Of a stretch of DNA of 64,000 nt, positions 29,883 to 40,202 are shown piece by piece (position 1 is the stretch's first letter; every line of letters starts with the position of its first letter). The position numbers were made by a program, and so were the translations under genes. A model generated the notes under the pieces. It had not been told where the DNA came from and ran no database searches. It saw only the letters and a list, made by a program, of their open reading frames with translations. Source of the DNA: Synechococcus sp. (GTDB lineage Bacteria; Cyanobacteriota; Cyanobacteriia; PCC-6307; Cyanobiaceae); NCBI GenBank assembly GCA_047284725.1, contig JBJBEO010000001.1:576001-640000 (forward strand). The letters run 5' to 3'.

Positions 29883-30563
29883 GTGAGCGAACGTGATGCA
29901 AGGGCGGAGCGATGGCGCCTGCTGCATGAGGCGATGCCGCAGGGGGTGAACCTGTTGGCCGTCAGCAAGGGGCATCCAGCGGAGCGGGTGCGTGAGTTGG
30001 CTGAGCTTGGTCAGATTGATTTCGGCGAGAGCAGGGTGCAGGAGGCATTGCCCAAGCAGGGGCAATTGGCTGATTGTCCCCAGCTGCGCTGGCACTTCAT
30101 CGGTCGCCTTCAGGCCAACAAGGTGAGGCCTGTGGTGCGTGCCTTTGCTGTGATTCATTCCGTCGATTCGCTCGCTCTTGCCCAGCGGCTGTCGCGCATT
30201 GCCACTGAAGAGGCTGTGGTGCCGTCGGTTCTGCTGCAGGTGAAGCTCCGCCCCGATCCGGCGAAGGCTGGCTGGGATCCGCAGGCGTTGCGCGATCACT
30301 GGGCTGAGCTGCAGGCGTTGCCCAGTCTTCGCCTGACCGGTCTGATGACCATGGCTCCCCTTCTCTTCCCGCTCGATCAACGCGCTGCATTGTTTGAGGA
30401 CTGCCGTGCCCTGGCGGATCACCTGGCCCTGCCCGACTGTTCGATGGGGATGAGTGGCGACTGGCGGGAGGCTGCTGCGGCCGGTGCTACCTGGGTGAGG
30501 GTCGGTTCAGCCCTCTTCGGTGCTCGCCCACGGCCGGAGGACGATCATGCTCCGCAGGATTAA
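29883..30563 (+). CDS. pipY: PLP homeostasis protein (YggS/PipY)
   Basis: LLAVSK, FGESRVQEA, WHFIGRLQANK, GLMTM, SMGMSGD, VRVGSALFG. Confidence 0.92.
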   Translation: MSERDARAERWRLLHEAMPQGVNLLAVSKGHPAERVRELAELGQIDFGESRVQEALPKQGQLADCPQLRWHFIGRLQANKVRPVVRAFAVIHSVDSLALAQRLSRIATEEAVVPSVLLQVKLRPDPAKAGWDPQALRDHWAELQALPSLRLTGLMTMAPLLFPLDQRAALFEDCRALADHLALPDCSMGMSGDWREAAAAGATWVRVGSALFGARPRPEDDHAPQD

Positions 30564-30654
30564 GCAGGAACATTGAAACAATTGAATCATCGCTGAGCGC
30601 TTGCTCCGGTTTGCTCGGAGCGCTATTCAGGGTCAAGGTTCTTGCAGTCTCCCG

Positions 30655-31236
30655 GTGTCGTTGATTTCCCGCCTTCGTGCAGTTGTTGCTGGCGATGACT
30701 ATCTCGACGGTGACTATGACGATCTTGATTACGACACCGGCGAAGAGATTGAAGCTGACCATGGCGCGAGCCATGCGATCGGAGGTGCTCTTGCGCCGCT
30801 TGATTCGGGGAATCCCTTCGGCGATGCTGAGCCATTTGCCTCCGGGAGTTCCAATGTGATCGGCATGCCCGGCATCAGCACGAATGCGGCCGAAGTCACC
30901 TTGATGGAACCCCGCAGTTTTGATGAGATGCCGCGGGCGATTCAGGCACTGCGTGAGCGGAAGACGGTGATTCTCAACCTCACCATGATGGAGCCGGATC
31001 AGGCGCAGCGTGCCGTCGACTTTGTCGCCGGTGGCACTTTCGCCATTGATGGTCATCAGGAACGGGTGGGCGAAAGCATCTTCCTGTTTGCCCCCAGCTG
31101 TGTCACGGTGACCAATGCCAGTCAGGAGGAGGCCTCTGCCCCCACTGTGGTGACACGTGATGTGGAGCAGAGCTCTGCCGACGCCAGTGTCGCCCCCGCT
31201 CCTGCTTGGGGTGATGCCGGTGCTGCGGCACTCTGA
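30655..31236 (+). CDS. sepF: Cell division protein SepF
   Basis: [35 protein letters not shown]. Confidence 0.93.
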   Translation: MSLISRLRAVVAGDDYLDGDYDDLDYDTGEEIEADHGASHAIGGALAPLDSGNPFGDAEPFASGSSNVIGMPGISTNAAEVTLMEPRSFDEMPRAIQALRERKTVILNLTMMEPDQAQRAVDFVAGGTFAIDGHQERVGESIFLFAPSCVTVTNASQEEASAPTVVTRDVEQSSADASVAPAPAWGDAGAAAL

Positions 31237-31260
31237 GAGCACTGATCTGCTGAGCTCTCT

Positions 31261-32079
31261 GTGACGCTTTCCCTTGGCGTAATCGGCCTGGGCCGCATGG
31301 CGCAGGCTTTGCTGTTGCCATTGTTGGAGCGGGGCGATCCCTCTGTTACCGATGTGATGGCTGTGGTGGGCCAGGCCAGAACGGTCGCGCGCCTGTCAGC
31401 TGATCTCCCTGCCGATCTCGCCCTGGTGGCAGCCGACGACCCACAGGCGATGGCCGCTTGGCATGCACCGGTGCAACTGCTGGCGGTTAAGCCATATCAG
31501 CTCGATGCCGTGGCTGCTGCGGCTCCTCCTGTGGCGGCGGGTGCGTCTCCCCTGCTGATCTCAGTGCTGGCGGGCATCACCCTGGAACGACTGGAGCGCA
31601 GCTTTCCTGGCCGGGTTTGTGTGCGGGCGGTGCCGAACACACCTTCCCTGGTGCGGGCAGGCCTCACAGGTTTGGCCTGGGGGAAGGGAGTGACCGCAAC
31701 CCACAAAGCATGGGTGCAGGCTTTCTTCGCCTCGGTCAGTGAGGTGCTGGAACTGCCTGAGGAGCGTCTGGATGCCTTTCTGGCCCTCACATCCTCAGGT
31801 CCAGCCTATGTGGCGATGGTCGCTGAAGCCCTGGCTGATGGGGCTGTGGCGGTGGGAATGCCCAGGGATCAGGCTCTGCACCTGGCGAATCGGACGCTGG
31901 CGGGTTCGGCGGCTCTGCTGCATGAACAGAGCTTGCATCCAGCACAGCTCAAAGACATGGTGGCCTCTCCGGGGGGCACCACCATGGCGGCGATCCGGCG
32001 TTTGGAGCAGGCGGGGTTGCGTTCGGCTTTGATCGAGGCTGTGGTGGCTGCAGCCGAACATGGCCGACGCTTGCGCTGA
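31261..32079 (+). CDS. proC: Pyrroline-5-carboxylate reductase
   Basis: GLGRMA, LAVKP, RAVPNTP, SSGPAY, LKDMVASPGGTT. Confidence 0.95.
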   Translation: MTLSLGVIGLGRMAQALLLPLLERGDPSVTDVMAVVGQARTVARLSADLPADLALVAADDPQAMAAWHAPVQLLAVKPYQLDAVAAAAPPVAAGASPLLISVLAGITLERLERSFPGRVCVRAVPNTPSLVRAGLTGLAWGKGVTATHKAWVQAFFASVSEVLELPEERLDAFLALTSSGPAYVAMVAEALADGAVAVGMPRDQALHLANRTLAGSAALLHEQSLHPAQLKDMVASPGGTTMAAIRRLEQAGLRSALIEAVVAAAEHGRRLR

Positions 32080-32150
32080 GACAGAGGGGTTGCGGGTCAC
32101 ACCCTTCGCTTCGGCGTTGCAGCCAGTCACTGAAGCTGTCTTGGGGCTGA

Positions 32151-33329
32151 TCAGGCTGCCATGGGAGTGGCCAGCAACTGGTTGTACAACCCTTCAAGGG
32201 CATCGATGTTGCTGCTGAGGGTGTATCGCTCCAGTACCCGTTGTCTGGCTCGTTGTCCCAGCTCATGGGTGAGAACCGGCTGATCCCGTAGGACGGGCAA
32301 CAAGGTGCGCAGTTGTGTGGTGACCCCCTGGGTGCTGAGAACGATGCCCGCTCCATCGGCCAGGACTTCCCCATCAGCACCGGCATCGGTGGCCAGGCAG
32401 GCGCAGCCACTGGCCATCGCTTCCAGCAGGGCAATCGAGAGACCTTCCACCAGGCTGGGCAAGACAAACACCTCCGCTTCCTGCATCAGGGCCACCCTGC
32501 TGGCGAGATCCGATTCGTAACCCCACCAGAGCACGCTGTCGCTGCTGTGGGCGTTCTGCAAGGTCGTGCGAAGAGGACCATCTCCCACGATCACCAGCTT
32601 GCAGCCCTTGGGATTGACCAGCTTCCACCCCTTGAGGAGGGCTTCCACGTTCTTTTCGGTGGACACACGACCCATGTAGAGGAAGATCCTGTCTGAGCCG
32701 AGCCGGTCGCGCAGCATGCGGCGGGAGTTGGCATTGGATGTGCCAGGCACCGGGGTGCAGGGGGGCCACCATTGCTGCGGATCCACACCGTTGGGGATCA
32801 CGGCCAGTCGGTCGTCCGGAACCCCCAGCCGGGCCAGCACATCGGCTTGAAGCTCGGAAAACACGACCACTCGGTCGTAGCGCGCCAAAGCGGGCGCATA
32901 GAGCTGATAGGTGAGTTGTTGGGTGCCTGCTGTGAGATTACGAAGGCTGGCATCAAACGCCGGATGGAAGGTGGCCACCAGGGGAACACCCAGTTGCTGG
33001 CACAACTCCGGCAGGCGGAAATCCAGCGGAGAGAGGGTGAGGCTGGCGTGCACCAGATCGGGTTGAAGGCGTTCCAGCGACTCCCGCAGTTCCCGCTGGG
33101 CCCGGGGCGAGGGAATGGTGTAAACCTGAGACTTCACCAGGTAAGGAAGGCTCACATCGGGGTCATTGGCAAGCAGCGAGGTGGTGCTGCTGCCGGGGGA
33201 TCCAGGGTTGTCAAAATGAATGAAGCTGGTCTGGTGACCGCGAGCGCGAAGGGCCTCCGTGGTGCTCAGCCCGTAGGTGACGTTGCCGCAGAACGGTGAC
33301 TTCTTTCCCAGCCAGGCGATGTGGGCCAA
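32151..33329 (-). CDS. Glycosyltransferase family 4
   Basis: IPNGVD, YMGRVSTEKN, IVGDGP, FVLPSLVEGLSIALLEAMASG. Confidence 0.9.
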   Translation of the reverse strand: MAHIAWLGKKSPFCGNVTYGLSTTEALRARGHQTSFIHFDNPGSPGSSTTSLLANDPDVSLPYLVKSQVYTIPSPRAQRELRESLERLQPDLVHASLTLSPLDFRLPELCQQLGVPLVATFHPAFDASLRNLTAGTQQLTYQLYAPALARYDRVVVFSELQADVLARLGVPDDRLAVIPNGVDPQQWWPPCTPVPGTSNANSRRMLRDRLGSDRIFLYMGRVSTEKNVEALLKGWKLVNPKGCKLVIVGDGPLRTTLQNAHSSDSVLWWGYESDLASRVALMQEAEVFVLPSLVEGLSIALLEAMASGCACLATDAGADGEVLADGAGIVLSTQGVTTQLRTLLPVLRDQPVLTHELGQRARQRVLERYTLSSNIDALEGLYNQLLATPMAA

Positions 33330-33362
33330 CCGCTCTGCCTTTTCCACTTCACAGCCAGCAAA

Positions 33363-34784
33363 TTAGCAGCGCTGCCAGGGACGTTCGAGCAACGCTGCGA
33401 TCAGAGCCAGCAGAGCCAGCAGCCAGAGCACGGGGCTGAGTCCCACGCTGCTCACCAATGTGCCTGCCAGCACCAGGGGCAGACTGAGGGCGATGTTGAT
33501 CAGGTTGTTCTGCAGGCCGAAGACCCGCCCACGCTGGGATTCAGGGGTTTCTTCCTGAATGGTTGTCTGGGCTGGAATGGCCACCAGTGCGGCGCCCACG
33601 CCGAGGATTCCGCAGAGGGAGAGGGTGCTGCTGAGGGATCCCTTGAACTGGCTCAGCAACACCAGCGAGAAGGTGATGGTGCCCAGGCCGGCTGCCGTGA
33701 GACGCCGGCGGTTGAAGTGGTGCCCCAGTTGAGCAATCAACACCGCTCCCACCGCCATGCCGAGACCGCTCATGGCCAGCAAGGTGCCGAAACCGGACGG
33801 TCCGAGGCCTTGGATCAAGCCCGCCAGCTGCAGGGCCAGCACGTACAGCGCCGCCAGCAAGCTGTACAGCAGCACCAGGTGCACCATGGCATTGCGCACG
33901 GTGGGAATGCGTTTGAGCACCTGAATTCCTTCGCCAATTTCATGCCAGACGGAGACCCCCGCTTGCTGGATGGCCTTCTCGCGGTGGCGGATCGCCAGCA
34001 AGCTCAAAGCGGCCATGCCGTAGCAGAACGGCAGCAGGGTGAACTCGCCTCCGTCAATGCCTAGGGCTGCGAAGAGATGGCTGAGGCCCCGCAGAATCGG
34101 CTCCCCCAGGGCGAATCCCACGATCGTGGCGCCCATACTTGTCGTCTGATACAGCGAATTGGCAGCCAGCAGCTTTTCGTTCGGTACCAGCAGCGTGATT
34201 GCGGCCTGCTCTGCAGGGGCAAAGAACTGGGTGAGGATCGACTCGATGAAGGTCATCAACACCAGACCCCAGTAGCCCCAGGGAAGTCCCAGCAGCAGCG
34301 GCCCTGGGATCAGAAACAGCGGTGTGAACAGCACCATCAGGGCTCGAAGGCCGTTCGAGGCCACCATCACGCGGCGCTTGGGCCAGCGGTCGACCCAGAC
34401 GCCGGCCACACTGCCCAACACCATGGCCGGGAGGGTGTTGGCCACGAAGATTCCTGTGGCAAGCAGGGTGATCACTTGCGTGCGGGTGCTGATGTCGAAG
34501 CCGATATCAGAGGCGACTTCCGCCAGAAACCCGTTCTGCTGAGCTGTGAGCAGCAGGTGCTGATCGATCAGGAAGACCATCAGCACTATGTAGAACTTGT
34601 CTGCCAGCTGGGAGAAGATCTGGCCGATCCACAGCTTGCGGAAGTCATCCAGGCGCAGCACCGCCTGAAGGCCACGACCACCTTCAGGGTTGTCGGTGGT
34701 GGGGAGCGCCGGCTCCGGGCTGTTGATGGAAGGACCGCTCAAGATGCCAGGGAAGACCCGGTCATGATCGCTCAGCGCTGTCAT
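33363..34784 (-). CDS. MFS transporter
   Basis: FRKLWIGQIFSQLAD, GVWVDRWPKRRVM, QFFAPAEQA, RGRVFG. Confidence 0.9.
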   Translation of the reverse strand: MTALSDHDRVFPGILSGPSINSPEPALPTTDNPEGGRGLQAVLRLDDFRKLWIGQIFSQLADKFYIVLMVFLIDQHLLLTAQQNGFLAEVASDIGFDISTRTQVITLLATGIFVANTLPAMVLGSVAGVWVDRWPKRRVMVASNGLRALMVLFTPLFLIPGPLLLGLPWGYWGLVLMTFIESILTQFFAPAEQAAITLLVPNEKLLAANSLYQTTSMGATIVGFALGEPILRGLSHLFAALGIDGGEFTLLPFCYGMAALSLLAIRHREKAIQQAGVSVWHEIGEGIQVLKRIPTVRNAMVHLVLLYSLLAALYVLALQLAGLIQGLGPSGFGTLLAMSGLGMAVGAVLIAQLGHHFNRRRLTAAGLGTITFSLVLLSQFKGSLSSTLSLCGILGVGAALVAIPAQTTIQEETPESQRGRVFGLQNNLINIALSLPLVLAGTLVSSVGLSPVLWLLALLALIAALLERPWQRC

Positions 34785-35568
34785 GTGCCGGCAGTTGCAG
34801 CGCTTCCCGCAGCATGCCCAGCGAACGCACCGGTCGGGGCAGATGGCACCGAATCCAGCACTCCACAACGGCCAGCAGCCGTAACCACACCGACACGGGA
34901 CCCATCAGTTCCCCATCGCTGCGGCGGGGCAGCTCCGTTCGAGGCAGACGTTGCAGCAGGGCGAGTTCGGAGGGATTGAGCTGCACGGCTGCACCCGGTT
35001 GACTGCCGATGGCCAGGCCCTCGTCAGCGATCAGGCTGCAGCGCCAGTCCCACTCCCCAATGGGTGGAATCAGGGCAGCGCCGCTGCGACAGCAACTCTG
35101 CAGCGGCAATCCGTAGCCGCCGAGGGCCAGCAGGTGCACGCAGGCCTGCACACCACTGGCCAGGGCGATGGCGGCATCATCAGAAACTCGGCTGATTGCC
35201 TCCAGGCGTTCGAGGTGAATCACCACGGCGTCGAGCATGCCTTCGAGGGGATCCTCCCCCTCCACCAGCGCCATGCAGAGTTCCGCCAGGGCCTGGGCCG
35301 CCGAGAGGGTGTCAAGGCGTTGGCCCACGGCGCAGAAGTTGTGCTCCACCCGCAGCTGTCTGACCCGCGGCAGGCCTCGGCGGCCCACCACCTGAAGCTC
35401 AAGCTGGGTGAGGGGAACGGCCGCTGCCAGGCTGCTGCGGGGCCGGCGGGCTCCCGGAGCGGCCAGGCGAATCACTCCCGCCTCTGCGCTGAGCATGGTG
35501 AGCAAGCGGTCATGTTCTCCCAGGGGACCAGTCTTCAGCACCAGCCCTGTGAGACGACGATCAGCCAT
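34762..35568 (-). CDS. recO: DNA repair protein RecO
   Basis: GLVLK..PLGEHDRLLT, APGARRPRSSL, LLALGGYGL. Confidence 0.9.
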   Translation of the reverse strand: MADRRLTGLVLKTGPLGEHDRLLTMLSAEAGVIRLAAPGARRPRSSLAAAVPLTQLELQVVGRRGLPRVRQLRVEHNFCAVGQRLDTLSAAQALAELCMALVEGEDPLEGMLDAVVIHLERLEAISRVSDDAAIALASGVQACVHLLALGGYGLPLQSCCRSGAALIPPIGEWDWRCSLIADEGLAIGSQPGAAVQLNPSELALLQRLPRTELPRRSDGELMGPVSVWLRLLAVVECWIRCHLPRPVRSLGMLREALQLPAHDSAERS

Positions 35569-36262
35569 CGTCTTTGCGTCGGGGCTGCGGTTGGCGTGAG
35601 GCCTGAACCAGCTCAGGGCCGCTGCTGGTGCCGAGGGCGGAGGCCCCCGCCTCCACCAGCTGTTGGCACTGCTCAAGGGTGTGCACGCCACCGGCCGCCT
35701 TGAGGCCGCAACGGCCGCGACTGAGGCTGCGCAGCTGCTGGATTTGCTCGGCGCTGGCGGCAGGTCCGAATCCGTTGCTGGTTTGCAGCGCGGAGGCGCC
35801 GGCATCGATCGCTGCTTCCACCGCCAGGGCGAGCTGACTGTCGTCGAGTCTCACCATGTCGAGGATCACCGTCACCGGCAGTCCGAGGTCGCAGAGGCAG
35901 GCCAGTTCTTCGGCGTAGGCATCGCTGCATCCGTCCGCCAATGCCGCCAGGTTGGGGACCACGTCGAGGGCTTCGGCCCCATGGGCAGCGGCCCACTCCG
36001 CCTCCGCCAGTTTCAGGGGCGTGGGGATGGCGCCGAAGGGGAAGGCGACCACTGCAATCAGCCGGGTGGCGCCAGGTGCTCCCAAACGCTCACGAGCAGC
36101 AGTGAGATGGGTGAGGGTCGTGCACACTCCACCGAAGCCGAAGTGGCGCGCCGCATCACACCCCTCCTGGAGGCGTTCGCTGCTCAGTAAGGGATCGAGC
36201 AGGGCCTGGTCGATCAGAGGGGCCAGATCCGGCAGCTCTTGCTGCCGGGGCGTGCGGGTCAT
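35561..36262 (-). CDS. deoC: Deoxyribose-phosphate aldolase
   Basis: IDQALLDP, VVAFPFG, TSNGFG, LKAAGG, LGTSSG. Confidence 0.88.
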   Translation of the reverse strand: MTRTPRQQELPDLAPLIDQALLDPLLSSERLQEGCDAARHFGFGGVCTTLTHLTAARERLGAPGATRLIAVVAFPFGAIPTPLKLAEAEWAAAHGAEALDVVPNLAALADGCSDAYAEELACLCDLGLPVTVILDMVRLDDSQLALAVEAAIDAGASALQTSNGFGPAASAEQIQQLRSLSRGRCGLKAAGGVHTLEQCQQLVEAGASALGTSSGPELVQASRQPQPRRKDDG

Positions 36263-36281
36263 GGCAACGGAAGGTCGGGCG

Positions 36282-36869
36282 TCAGTCTCGCGCCTGGATC
36301 ACGCCATAACCACCGTGGTTACGTCGGTAGATCACCTGCAACTCCTGGTTGGCGGCATCGCGGAAGAGATAAAAGTCGTGGTCGATCAAATCCAGTTGGT
36401 GGCGAGCCTCTTCGACGCTCATCGGGGGCATGGAAAAGTATTTGCGCCGCACGCCGGGATCGGGCAGGTGCGCTTCCTTGCCATCGAGCAGGGATCCATC
36501 CACAGCGCTCTCATCCATCACCGCTTCGGTGGCCGGGGTGGTGCTGGCGCTATGGCCGTGGCTGTGGTGATGGTCGCTGTGGCGTTCCTTGAAGCGACGC
36601 AGCTGGCGGCTCAGCTTGTTCGCCACCAGGTCGATGCTGGCGTAGAGATTTTCGCTGCGCTCCTGGGCACGGATCACGGTGCCATTGGCAAACACGGTCA
36701 CCTCGGCTGTCTGCTGAGGCACCCGGGGGTTGCGGGCCACCGAGAGATGCACATCCGCTTCCACCACCAGGTCGTTGAAGTGTTGGACAGCTCGCTCCAG
36801 TTTCGCTTCTGTGTACTCGCGCAGAGCTGAGGTCACGTCCAGGTTGCGACCATGGATCAGAAGCTTCAT
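36282..36869 (-). CDS. hpf: Ribosome hibernation promoting factor (long HPF/LrtA)
   Basis: [30 protein letters not shown]-terminal domain with [12 protein letters not shown]. Confidence 0.95.
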   Translation of the reverse strand: MKLLIHGRNLDVTSALREYTEAKLERAVQHFNDLVVEADVHLSVARNPRVPQQTAEVTVFANGTVIRAQERSENLYASIDLVANKLSRQLRRFKERHSDHHHSHGHSASTTPATEAVMDESAVDGSLLDGKEAHLPDPGVRRKYFSMPPMSVEEARHQLDLIDHDFYLFRDAANQELQVIYRRNHGGYGVIQARD

Positions 36870-36881
36870 GGCATCCCTCCG

Positions 36882-37625
36882 GTGCCGGTAGATATCTGCA
36901 AGCTAGAGACGTCAAAGCAGGTCGCCCAGCACCATGCGGCAATTCTTTTTGAGCCGCAGCAATTGGTGCCGTTCACCCAGGCCTGGCGCTGGCAGCAGCA
37001 GTGGCAATCGGCGTTGCTGGCATCAGACCAGCCGTCGCCTCCTGAGGCGGTCTGGATCCTTCAGCACCATCGCTGTTACACCCTGGGTCGCGGTGCTTCC
37101 GAGCAGCATTTGTTGTTTGATCCAGCTGCTCCACCGGCGCCACTGCATCGCATTGATCGAGGCGGTGAAGTGACGCACCACATGCCCGGTCAGTTGGTGG
37201 CCTATCCCGTTCTGGATCTGCGGCGACGTCAATGCGACCTGCATTGGTATCTGCGTCAGCTCGAGCAGGTGGTGATCGACGTGTTGGCCAAGCTGGGCCT
37301 TCAAGGTCAGCGGGTGGAGGGCATGACAGGCGTCTGGCTTGACGATCGCAAGGTGGCCGCCATCGGGGTGGGTTGTCGCCGCTGGATCACTCAGCACGGT
37401 TTGGCTCTGAATGTCGATGGTGAACTCGGAGGATTTGCGGCGGTGGTGCCCTGCGGCCTCACCGGCAAGCTTGTGGGGCGTCTTGCTGACTGGTGCCCGG
37501 ACTTGTCTGTGGAGGTCGTGCAGCCGCTGTTACGCGATGCTCTGGCCCGACGTTTTGATCTCCGCTGGCAGTCTCCGGGAGCGCTGGACCATGGGGTTTT
37601 GATTGCCGATCCACCCCAAGGGTGA
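36882..37625 (+). CDS. lipB: Lipoyl(octanoyl) transferase
   Basis: [44 protein letters not shown]. Start uncertain. Confidence 0.93.
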   Translation: MPVDICKLETSKQVAQHHAAILFEPQQLVPFTQAWRWQQQWQSALLASDQPSPPEAVWILQHHRCYTLGRGASEQHLLFDPAAPPAPLHRIDRGGEVTHHMPGQLVAYPVLDLRRRQCDLHWYLRQLEQVVIDVLAKLGLQGQRVEGMTGVWLDDRKVAAIGVGCRRWITQHGLALNVDGELGGFAAVVPCGLTGKLVGRLADWCPDLSVEVVQPLLRDALARRFDLRWQSPGALDHGVLIADPPQG

Positions 37626-37640
37626 TAGCCCTAGGCGATC

Positions 37641-39599
37641 TTGCTCATCGTTGCTGTGTCCACCGACGTCCGCGCCCGCTGGATTCCGACCCCTCGTGAG
37701 CAGGTAGCTCTGGCTGCTCACCAACACGTGGATGGGCTTGGCCGGGTGGATCAGATCTGGCCCTGGTTGGCTCGCCATCATGGCGCCGTGATGGCCGTCG
37801 ATGCTCCCCATGCGGCGCACCCCGAGCGGTTCACCTACGAGGAGCTAGATGCCCGCATCCGTGTCGCAGCAGCAGGTTTGCGGGCTCTGGGGATCCAGTC
37901 CGGTGATGTGGTCGGGTTGTTTGCGGAAAACAGTCCCCGCTGGTTGGTGGCCGATCAGGGCTTGATGCGGGCCGGGGCGACCAGCGCAGTGCGCGGTGCC
38001 GCTGCGCCGACACCTGAACTTCTCTACATCCTGGATGACAGCGCGGCGGTGGCGCTGGTGGTGCAGAACGCCGACTTGTGGCAAAGGCTGGAGCTTTCCC
38101 CAGCGCAAAGGGAGCGCCTGCGCTGTGTGATCCAGCTCGAGGGTGACGCCTCTGAAGGCGTGATCGGATGGGAGGAGTTGCTGAAGCTGGGCTCTGAAGC
38201 GCCGACGCTGGATCCGGTGGCGGGTCGGGATGCAGCGAGCGCTGCTGTCACCACGGCCACGATCCTCTACACCTCAGGGACGACGGGCCAGCCGAAAGGG
38301 GTTCCCCTCACCCACGCCAACCTGTTGCACCAGATGCGCAGCTTGGCCTGCGTGGCCCATCCGGCCCCCGGTTCGCCCGTGCTGAGTGTGCTGCCGATCT
38401 GGCACTCCTATGAGCGCAGTGCTGAGTACTACTTCTTTTCCTGTGCATGCTCGCAGAGTTACACCACGATCAAACACCTCAAGAAGGATCTCCCCAGGGT
38501 GAGGCCAGTGGTGATGGCGACGGTTCCCCGTTTGTGGGAGGCGGTTCAGGCTGGTTTTGAGGATGTGTTGAAAACCTTCCCGGCCTCGCGGCAGCGCTTG
38601 TTGCGCTCTGCCCTTGCCAACAGCAGTGCCTATTGCCTGGCACGTCGTCGCAGTCGCGATCTGATGGTGGAGCCTCTGGGTAAGCGTCAGCGCGCCAAGG
38701 CGGCCCTAGAGGCCAGCCGCCGGTGGCCGGCCCACGCTCTGGCATCGGCATTGATCTGGCCCAAGCTGCGGCAGCAACTCAGTGGCGGCCAGCTTCAGTT
38801 CCCCATCAACGGTGGCGGTGCGATTGCCCCCCACGTGGATGCTTTTTACGAGGCTGTGGGGATTGAGCTGCTGGTGGGATACGGCCTCACGGAGACCAGT
38901 CCGGTGGTGAGTTGCCGCAGACCCTGGCGCAACATCCGCGGCAGCTCCGGGCAGCCCATGCCCCAGACCGAATTTCGGATTGTCGATGCTGAGACCCGGG
39001 CCCCCCTTGGCTTCCGTGAACGGGGAGTGGTGCTGGTCCGTGGGCCCCAGGTGATGGGGGGCTACCTCGGTCGACCCGATGCGACGGCCAAGGTGCTCGA
39101 TGCAGAGGGCTGGTTCGACACCGGCGATCTGGGCATGCTGCTGCCGGATGGCTCAGTGGTGCTTACTGGCCGTGCCAAGGACACCATCGTGCTGAGCAGC
39201 GGCGAGAATATCGAACCAGGCCCGCTGGAGGAGTGTCTTGTGGCCAGCCCTCTCGTGGAGCAGGTGATGTTGGTGGGTCAGGACGAGCGTCAATTAGGGG
39301 CCTTGGTGGTGCCCCGCAGCGAGGCCATCCAGGCTTGGGCGGCGCAGCAGGATGTCGATCTGCCATCGGATCTTGGTGGCTGCCCAGGGGATCAGGCCCT
39401 TCGCAAGCTGCTGCGCGGTGAGTTCAATCGCCTGCTGGCGGCTCGCCCGGGGGCGAGGGGTGATGAACGGCTGGCCGGTGTGGCGTTGGTTGAGCCCTTC
39501 TCGATCGAGAACGGCTTGCTGACCCAGACGCTGAAGCAACGACGTGATCGCATCAGCCGCCGAGATCAGGCGGCCCTCGAGGCTATTTTTCGCCCCTGA
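37641..39599 (+). CDS. aas: Long-chain acyl-ACP/CoA synthetase (AMP-binding)
   Basis: YTSGTTGQPKGV, GYGLTETSP, FDTGDLG, GRAKDTIVLSSGENIEP. Confidence 0.88.
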   Translation: MLIVAVSTDVRARWIPTPREQVALAAHQHVDGLGRVDQIWPWLARHHGAVMAVDAPHAAHPERFTYEELDARIRVAAAGLRALGIQSGDVVGLFAENSPRWLVADQGLMRAGATSAVRGAAAPTPELLYILDDSAAVALVVQNADLWQRLELSPAQRERLRCVIQLEGDASEGVIGWEELLKLGSEAPTLDPVAGRDAASAAVTTATILYTSGTTGQPKGVPLTHANLLHQMRSLACVAHPAPGSPVLSVLPIWHSYERSAEYYFFSCACSQSYTTIKHLKKDLPRVRPVVMATVPRLWEAVQAGFEDVLKTFPASRQRLLRSALANSSAYCLARRRSRDLMVEPLGKRQRAKAALEASRRWPAHALASALIWPKLRQQLSGGQLQFPINGGGAIAPHVDAFYEAVGIELLVGYGLTETSPVVSCRRPWRNIRGSSGQPMPQTEFRIVDAETRAPLGFRERGVVLVRGPQVMGGYLGRPDATAKVLDAEGWFDTGDLGMLLPDGSVVLTGRAKDTIVLSSGENIEPGPLEECLVASPLVEQVMLVGQDERQLGALVVPRSEAIQAWAAQQDVDLPSDLGGCPGDQALRKLLRGEFNRLLAARPGARGDERLAGVALVEPFSIENGLLTQTLKQRRDRISRRDQAALEAIFRP

Positions 39600-39695
39600 T
39601 GTGTCTGCGGGGCTGCGGGATCGGGAACCCGCCTTGCCGGTGGGTTGACCCTCACAGCAGTGGCTGAGACGCTGAAACCTCCTCAATCACCTTCC

Positions 39696-40139
39696 ATGTC
39701 AGACGGCGCCACCTTGTCGATCAAGCGCACGATTGCTGTGCGTGCCGTGGTCACTCCAGCCTGGAAAGAGGAGGCAGAGCGCGAACTCAGCAATGCGATC
39801 GCCACCACCGATCAGCAGCTGGCCCAGCTGGAGCAGGAGGGGCAGCAGGTGGTCGATGAGGTGCGACGTCAAAGCGCCAATCCTCTCGACCCTCGCGTCC
39901 AGGAGCAGGTGGCTCAGGTGCAGCAGCAGGTGGCCGCCAAGCGGGCTGAGCTGGAGGAGCAGAAGCGCAATCTCTTGCAGCAGCAGGTGCAGGTGCGCGA
40001 TGTGGAGATGGAACAGATCGTGGATCAGGGCCAGATCGAGAGCTTCTGCGATCTGAAAGTGGGCGACAACCTTGTCAGCAAGATGCAGGCAGCGGTTGTG
40101 GTTCGCGACGGCGTCGTCGAGTCCATCGAGCAGGGCTGA
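39696..40139 (+). CDS. YlqD family coiled-coil protein
   Basis: IKRTIAVRAVVTPAWKEE...VGDNLVSKMQAAVVVRDG. Confidence 0.8.
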   Translation: MSDGATLSIKRTIAVRAVVTPAWKEEAERELSNAIATTDQQLAQLEQEGQQVVDEVRRQSANPLDPRVQEQVAQVQQQVAAKRAELEEQKRNLLQQQVQVRDVEMEQIVDQGQIESFCDLKVGDNLVSKMQAAVVVRDGVVESIEQG

Positions 40140-40202
40140 TCCTGGACTTGCCCGACCGATAGCCCCGTAAAATCCCCCTACTCAGCCCCTCCGGAGACGG
40201 TT

